Sequence record: OR608733.1
Reading direction: 5' to 3' (one strand)
DNA: 64,000 nt
Part shown: in pieces, positions 55,572 to 64,000 of the stretch
Layout of the letters: each line of letters begins with the position of its first letter
Position numbering within the stretch: the first letter of the stretch is position 1
Translations under genes and position numbers: made by a program
Notes under the pieces: generated by a model
Told to the model about the DNA's origin: nothing
Database searches by the model: none
What the model saw: only the letters and a program-made list of their open reading frames with translations

Positions 55572-55823
55572 TTATTTTTTATCGCGATTAGATGGTGCTA
55601 GTTTATAAAACTTCCGGAATTTATTAATAGACAATGTAAATGAATCTTCCCTACCATCCGGATAACCAAGATAAACATCTCGGCGAGAGAGTTTAATTAG
55701 CTTATGCGCTGTAGACACGCCATTTCGTTCGACTAGAAAAGTACGACCAATATAATCTTCTAGGTTATCTAGATTAGTTGCAGGGATGTATTTAGATTCT
55801 TTCAGAGTCAGGGTAGTGCTCAT
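55572..55823 (-). CDS. small SH3-like protein
   Basis: 83-aa ORF, beta-barrel pattern ending F.KFYK. Confidence 0.7.
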   Translation of the reverse strand: MSTTLTLKESKYIPATNLDNLEDYIGRTFLVERNGVSTAHKLIKLSRRDVYLGYPDGREDSFTLSINKFRKFYKLAPSNRDKK

Positions 55824-55860
55824 TTAATTTCTTCACCAATTACGAAATAATAAATTAATT

Positions 55861-56919
55861 TTATTTCCAGAGTGTTTTACCAATTAGATCATTTTCTGCA
55901 ATGAATGCATCTAATTGATGTCCATAGTAAAGTAAACTATGAATTTGTTGATTTAGACGTTCTTTATTTGAACCTAAGAACATCTTGTGCTTTTCACTAT
56001 CAGGTAGCTGATCGTAAACTCGTTGGCAGTACTTCTGTGCCACAACCTTACCAGATGCAAGGAAACGATCATCACCTTCGAATAACTGAGGGATAATATT
56101 TTCATCAAGATACTTACTGATTTCAGCATCTAGATCAAAATTAATAGTGTCATCGGTTGTTGCGACAGTATCTTCTTGCTGTTCATCATTCCATGGTATT
56201 TCAGAACTTACACTATCATCAAACTGATCACTAGTTGTAGTTTTAGCTAGTTGTTCATCAAATGATGATTGTTTATTTTTCTGTTTATCACGCAGGAAAA
56301 TAATTGATTCAACAATCTCATTAACAATGATGTCTAGATCGCGATTGGTATCTACAACAATTGAACTAGGTTGATTAATTAAGCGTCCATAACCTTCATC
56401 TACTTTATTAAAGTAACTGGAACCCTTAGACTCATAATAGTCAAGACCTCGGTCGCGCATTTCAATTCGTTTTTTACGAACTTCTTCAGGAGCAGTTAAA
56501 AAGAAAGTAGCCGGTTCTGGAATAGAATGTAGTGTTCCTTGAAGAATATCCATAAATAGTTTTGATAGGTATGGATTAGTTTCTTCAAAAGGTACTACAT
56601 TAAGAGCATAAGTAGATGCAATGAAACGTTCAGTGATAACGATTTTATCATCTTTTAAAGCAGGTCGAATAATGTTTTCTACATTAAGCATCCTACCTGC
56701 ACTATGCATCAATACATCGAATTCTGGCGGACGAACTTCATCTTTAAATTCTGGCCAAATTAACATTTGTCGAATCTTTTCCGATGTAGCTGTACCACCT
56801 GGTTCACGCATTGCTACTACATCGTAATTGCGCTTACGTAGTTCCTCAACAACCATCTTTGTAACAGTTGTTTTACCAACACCTTCAGTTCCTTCGATAC
56901 ATACAAATAAACCATTCAT
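55861..56919 (-). CDS. tmk: thymidylate kinase with C-terminal extension
   Basis: FVCIEGTEGVGKTT, REPGGT, ITERF..STYA, FFL.AP. Confidence 0.9.
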   Translation of the reverse strand: MNGLFVCIEGTEGVGKTTVTKMVVEELRKRNYDVVAMREPGGTATSEKIRQMLIWPEFKDEVRPPEFDVLMHSAGRMLNVENIIRPALKDDKIVITERFIASTYALNVVPFEETNPYLSKLFMDILQGTLHSIPEPATFFLTAPEEVRKKRIEMRDRGLDYYESKGSSYFNKVDEGYGRLINQPSSIVVDTNRDLDIIVNEIVESIIFLRDKQKNKQSSFDEQLAKTTTSDQFDDSVSSEIPWNDEQQEDTVATTDDTINFDLDAEISKYLDENIIPQLFEGDDRFLASGKVVAQKYCQRVYDQLPDSEKHKMFLGSNKERLNQQIHSLLYYGHQLDAFIAENDLIGKTLWK

Positions 56920-56921
56920 TA

Positions 56922-57251
56922 CTAATCCCTCATCTTAAGTTTAATTACTGCTTCAACATTATCTTCTAAATCTTGTTGCGATAATTCTAATGAAGCTCTA
57001 TAACCTAAGCTATATAGAACATCAACTAATACATCAATGCTTAAAGCTGGTAAATTAAACATTTTAATATTCTCACTAAGTTCATCAGAGATGCCTAGTT
57101 TAGTGAAAACATCATCAATCAATACTTTTTGAGAAATGGCTTTTTGACGGGCAGTTTGTACAATTGCAATAACTAGATTATATTTGATATTGTCAGAATG
57201 TGATTTTTTATTATCACCATGAACTTCTTTAAATAAATTCTGATCCGCCAT
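56922..57251 (-). CDS. XRE/HigA-like helix-turn-helix protein
   Basis: Q.AISQ...KLGIS...LSID.L...L..LGY...L.L. Confidence 0.55.
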   Translation of the reverse strand: MADQNLFKEVHGDNKKSHSDNIKYNLVIAIVQTARQKAISQKVLIDDVFTKLGISDELSENIKMFNLPALSIDVLVDVLYSLGYRASLELSQQDLEDNVEAVIKLKMRD

Positions 57252-57318
57252 AATACTCAGTTCCTTAAATTATTAAAATGTACTATTTAGCCATTAAACT
57301 TTTTTAATATAAAAAATG

Positions 57319-57345
57319 ACCAGTGGGCAATGCACCCACTGATCT
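57319..57345 (-). terminator. intrinsic terminator
   Basis: CAGTGGG/CCCACTG stem followed by T run. Confidence 0.7.
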
Positions 57346-57371
57346 TATTATATTGAAATAGCTAGTATATA

Positions 57372-57776
57372 TTAGCTATTGACATCTTCAAAGAAGCTGG
57401 CTACACTTTCAACAACGTCAGTCATAGCGCTACTCTTATATTTGGTATCTACAACTGTTACAAGAGCACCACTGCGATCAATGATACCAGAAACAGTTGC
57501 ACCGCCTACATTATAAGAATAACCAAGCTCAGCAATGCTTTCATTTTCTTTCATGTACGGTGCGGCTTTTTCAGCAAATACATAACTTACAGCCGCTGCT
57601 AGTTGACCTGCACCTTCATGTACCTGCGCATACTGCTCGGCAGTAACGCCTGCTGGTTGAAGAACAACTTCTTCAAATAGACCGTCAGGGATCTCAAATA
57701 CCCCGGCATCAGACATGCTTACTTTTTCATTTAGGTTGTGGGTTTCGATAAACTTCTTGGTGGTTTCGATGGACAT
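57372..57776 (-). CDS. conserved hypothetical protein
   Basis: 134-aa acidic ORF. Confidence 0.85.
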   Translation of the reverse strand: MSIETTKKFIETHNLNEKVSMSDAGVFEIPDGLFEEVVLQPAGVTAEQYAQVHEGAGQLAAAVSYVFAEKAAPYMKENESIAELGYSYNVGGATVSGIIDRSGALVTVVDTKYKSSAMTDVVESVASFFEDVNS

Positions 57777-57806
57777 TTTAGTACTCTCTCTATTTACGGT
57801 GGTGGT

Positions 57807-58100
57807 TTAATTTACATCTTTTATCACAAAGCAACTACCATCATTAAAGACAACCTTAATTAGATTATCAGTTAATGGTCGTTTATATACAACACATTTT
57901 ACATCGGGGAGTTTAACTACTTCTTTTAAAGCATCTGGCATACCAATTAGATTAATGGTAGTTAATACTTTATTCAGTGGGCCAAGATGTGAAGTCAGTT
58001 CTTGCGCTGACTTAATCAAATCTACCATTGTTTTGTCTTTATCTACCATGCTAGTTACTCGATTTGATATATGAAGTACATACGTCACCCAGGTCTTCAC
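57807..58100 (-). CDS. hypothetical protein
   Basis: 97-aa ORF with GTG start, overlapping the upstream gene. Confidence 0.7.
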   Translation of the reverse strand: MKTWVTYVLHISNRVTSMVDKDKTMVDLIKSAQELTSHLGPLNKVLTTINLIGMPDALKEVVKLPDVKCVVYKRPLTDNLIKVVFNDGSCFVIKDVN

Positions 58101-58605
58101 CAGAGTCGATCATCTCACGAGCATCACCGATGGGAGTACCAGGGTGCTCACGCTCGGTTGCTTTAGCCACGTGTTCAATTGCAACTGGAGACCATCGAGC
58201 GGCGACAGCCTCACATACACCGATCGAATTCACTCTACGGATCATATGTGCACCAGTATCAATTACACTGAAACTGAGTTCACTAATAATTTCCACTCCT
58301 TTTAGTTTATCGATACTATCAATAACCTGCGTACTAATTAGATAATTAGCTGTATCGTTATTATACGCAAGCACTAGTTTGAAACTCATTAGGGAGTTAT
58401 CTTTATCGGTGTCCCCAGCGATTAACTCATGATTTGAAGTGAGTGTATAGATACAACTACTCTCCTGAGCAGTAATTGGTGATCCTGGTGAAGAACTATA
58501 TACACTAGGTGCATTAGCTGTATTTAGTGCAAACTTATTTACAGTGGAATTAGCGCCAGGAACTTTATAACCAATAGGTCTGGCAGTGAAAATTACAACG
58601 CTCAT
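58051..58605 (-). CDS. hypothetical early protein
   Basis: 184-aa ORF, GAGG RBS, after the promoter at 58651. Confidence 0.8.
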   Translation of the reverse strand: MSVVIFTARPIGYKVPGANSTVNKFALNTANAPSVYSSSPGSPITAQESSCIYTLTSNHELIAGDTDKDNSLMSFKLVLAYNNDTANYLISTQVIDSIDKLKGVEIISELSFSVIDTGAHMIRRVNSIGVCEAVAARWSPVAIEHVAKATEREHPGTPIGDAREMIDSGEDLGDVCTSYIKSSN

Positions 58606-58650
58606 TGTGATTCCTCTTTACTAGATAGATGGTTTCCTAATTACACACTA

Positions 58651-58682
58651 GTAATATAAATCTCAAATTTTTTTTAATACGA
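58651..58682 (-). promoter_or_regulatory. phiKZ-type early promoter
   Basis: TCGTAT-N18-TATATTAC. Confidence 0.85.
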
Positions 58683-58688
58683 AATAAA

Positions 58689-58706
58689 GCCTCCCCGAAG
58701 GGAGGC
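58689..58706 (-). terminator. intrinsic terminator
   Basis: GCCTCCC-TTCG-GGGAGGC followed by TTT. Confidence 0.85.
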
Positions 58707-58713
58707 ATTTATG

Positions 58714-59406
58714 TCAATTACCACTATAGGTACCTTCAGTACCTTGTTCTTTACGTCTTACGAGGCGTTGATGAATTGCACTAAGAGCACGGTCCATTGA
58801 ATTAATCACTACCTGATTCTCTTCACATGCAAATGGGCCTGCTTGATAACCTTCAAATAAATCTTTAACGATTTTAAGTAGACAGTCAGCAGTTAGGCCA
58901 TTTACACCAACTTCTGGAACAAGTCCATTCTGCATTAGGATAACACATTCAGTCAGATTATCACCAGGCATAGCAGCTGGGTTAGTCTGAGCATTATAAC
59001 CAGTTACCACATAACGTTTAGTTGCACCTGATTTCTGATCAATACCACTTGCTTCAATATTTAGACCATTTTCATCAAAATGTTCATGGCCATAAATACC
59101 TTGCATAGTTACCCATCCACCATCTTCTTGATAAATCCAATCTACCCCATTTACATGATAAGTATCACCTGGTTCAGGGTCAGTTGGAAGATCTTTAGTA
59201 GTGGTTAATGCACGGATACGCGCATATTCTTCAATTGCAATTTGTACATCAGTTGCAGTAATTTTCTTCTCAGGTTCAGTAGCTTCATCTTGTTGAGACT
59301 TATCGCTACCTTCCTTTTGATCATTATCCATATCGGAAGAATCTACTGTACTTTTAGCTTCTTTACTTTCTAAGGAAGCTAACCACTCAAGATTAGGTTT
59401 AGACAT
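58714..59406 (-). CDS. Tad1-like (anti-Thoeris/CBASS signal sponge) domain protein with N-terminal extension; probable minor capsid protein (gp184-like)
   Basis: C-terminal MQNG.V.EVGVNG...LL.IV.D..EGYQAGPFAC.EN...AL...R..R...G.EGT matches the Tad1 pattern; start moved to ATG 59406 (GAGG RBS). Confidence 0.75.
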   Translation of the reverse strand: MSKPNLEWLASLESKEAKSTVDSSDMDNDQKEGSDKSQQDEATEPEKKITATDVQIAIEEYARIRALTTTKDLPTDPEPGDTYHVNGVDWIYQEDGGWVTMQGIYGHEHFDENGLNIEASGIDQKSGATKRYVVTGYNAQTNPAAMPGDNLTECVILMQNGLVPEVGVNGLTADCLLKIVKDLFEGYQAGPFACEENQVVINSMDRALSAIHQRLVRRKEQGTEGTYSGN

Positions 59407-59413
59407 ACTTACC

Positions 59414-59719
59414 TCAATAAATGAAACCACCAATGTAAAGTGACACTACTACATCGGCAACCCGAGGGTCTTGTGAATATTTAGATTTGACTAGTTTAAT
59501 AAGTTCGGCTCGATTTTTAATGAAGCCTAGTTTCTTATTATCAATTTCTTCAGCTTTAATTAGGAAGTCATCTAACTTCTTCTTACTACCCAGTAAATTA
59601 ATCACCATTTGATCAATAACTGCATTAGAATTTGATAGTTTAGTTAATTCTTGTTCAAAAACTTCCTTACGTCCTTCTGATCCAATTAAAGCTAGACCGA
59701 TCTTTTTAAGTAGAGACAT
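59414..59719 (-). CDS. hypothetical helical protein (gp183-like)
   Basis: 101-aa ORF. Confidence 0.8.
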   Translation of the reverse strand: MSLLKKIGLALIGSEGRKEVFEQELTKLSNSNAVIDQMVINLLGSKKKLDDFLIKAEEIDNKKLGFIKNRAELIKLVKSKYSQDPRVADVVVSLYIGGFIY

Positions 59720-59777
59720 GTTAATTACCTATTACATTGGTTTAAGAATGGTTACAATAAATAACTATTCCAAGTAT

Positions 59778-64000
<4,223 letters not shown>

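Noticed and set aside
3426-58706. Recurring CCCTCCC-CGAA-GGGAGG palindromes as CRISPR repeats or MITEs
   Set aside because: Dispersed singly at gene ends with U-tracts; they are cUUCGg terminators, not a regularly spaced array

Overview
This is an AT-rich, densely coding segment of a phiKZ-like (Phikzvirus/Chimalliviridae) Pseudomonas jumbo phage, lying reversed so that almost all genes are on the - strand. Gene order and sizes match my recollection of phiKZ from the C-terminal part of the gp181 tail lytic transglycosylase (right edge) through gp182, gp184, thymidylate kinase, the inverted gp201-203 virion/helicase block, dCTP deaminase, SspB-like protein, thymidylate synthase, gp241 and gp244, into the hypothetical-rich early region. 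The gp numbers are inferred from synteny and need a BLAST check. Recognisable enzymes: ThyA with large insertions, Dcd, Tmk with a C-terminal extension, SNF2-like helicase, AAA+ ATPase, DEDDh exonuclease, RlaP-like nucleotidyltransferase, RelA/SpoT-type HD hydrolase, Zn deaminase, SLOG protein and two ART-fold proteins. Transcription signals are clear: TATATTAC early promoters and many cUUCGg-capped terminators. Most interesting observations: a Tad1-type immune-signal sponge domain fused into a probable capsid-internal protein; an early operon of paralogous exported, disulfide-bonded helical proteins; a GC-rich structured intergenic RNA candidate upstream of the helicase; and a conserved TTGYAT element exactly 18 nt upstream of the early-promoter core. 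I saw no tRNA, rRNA, CRISPR array or integrase. All calls come from motif reading by eye; no database search was run.
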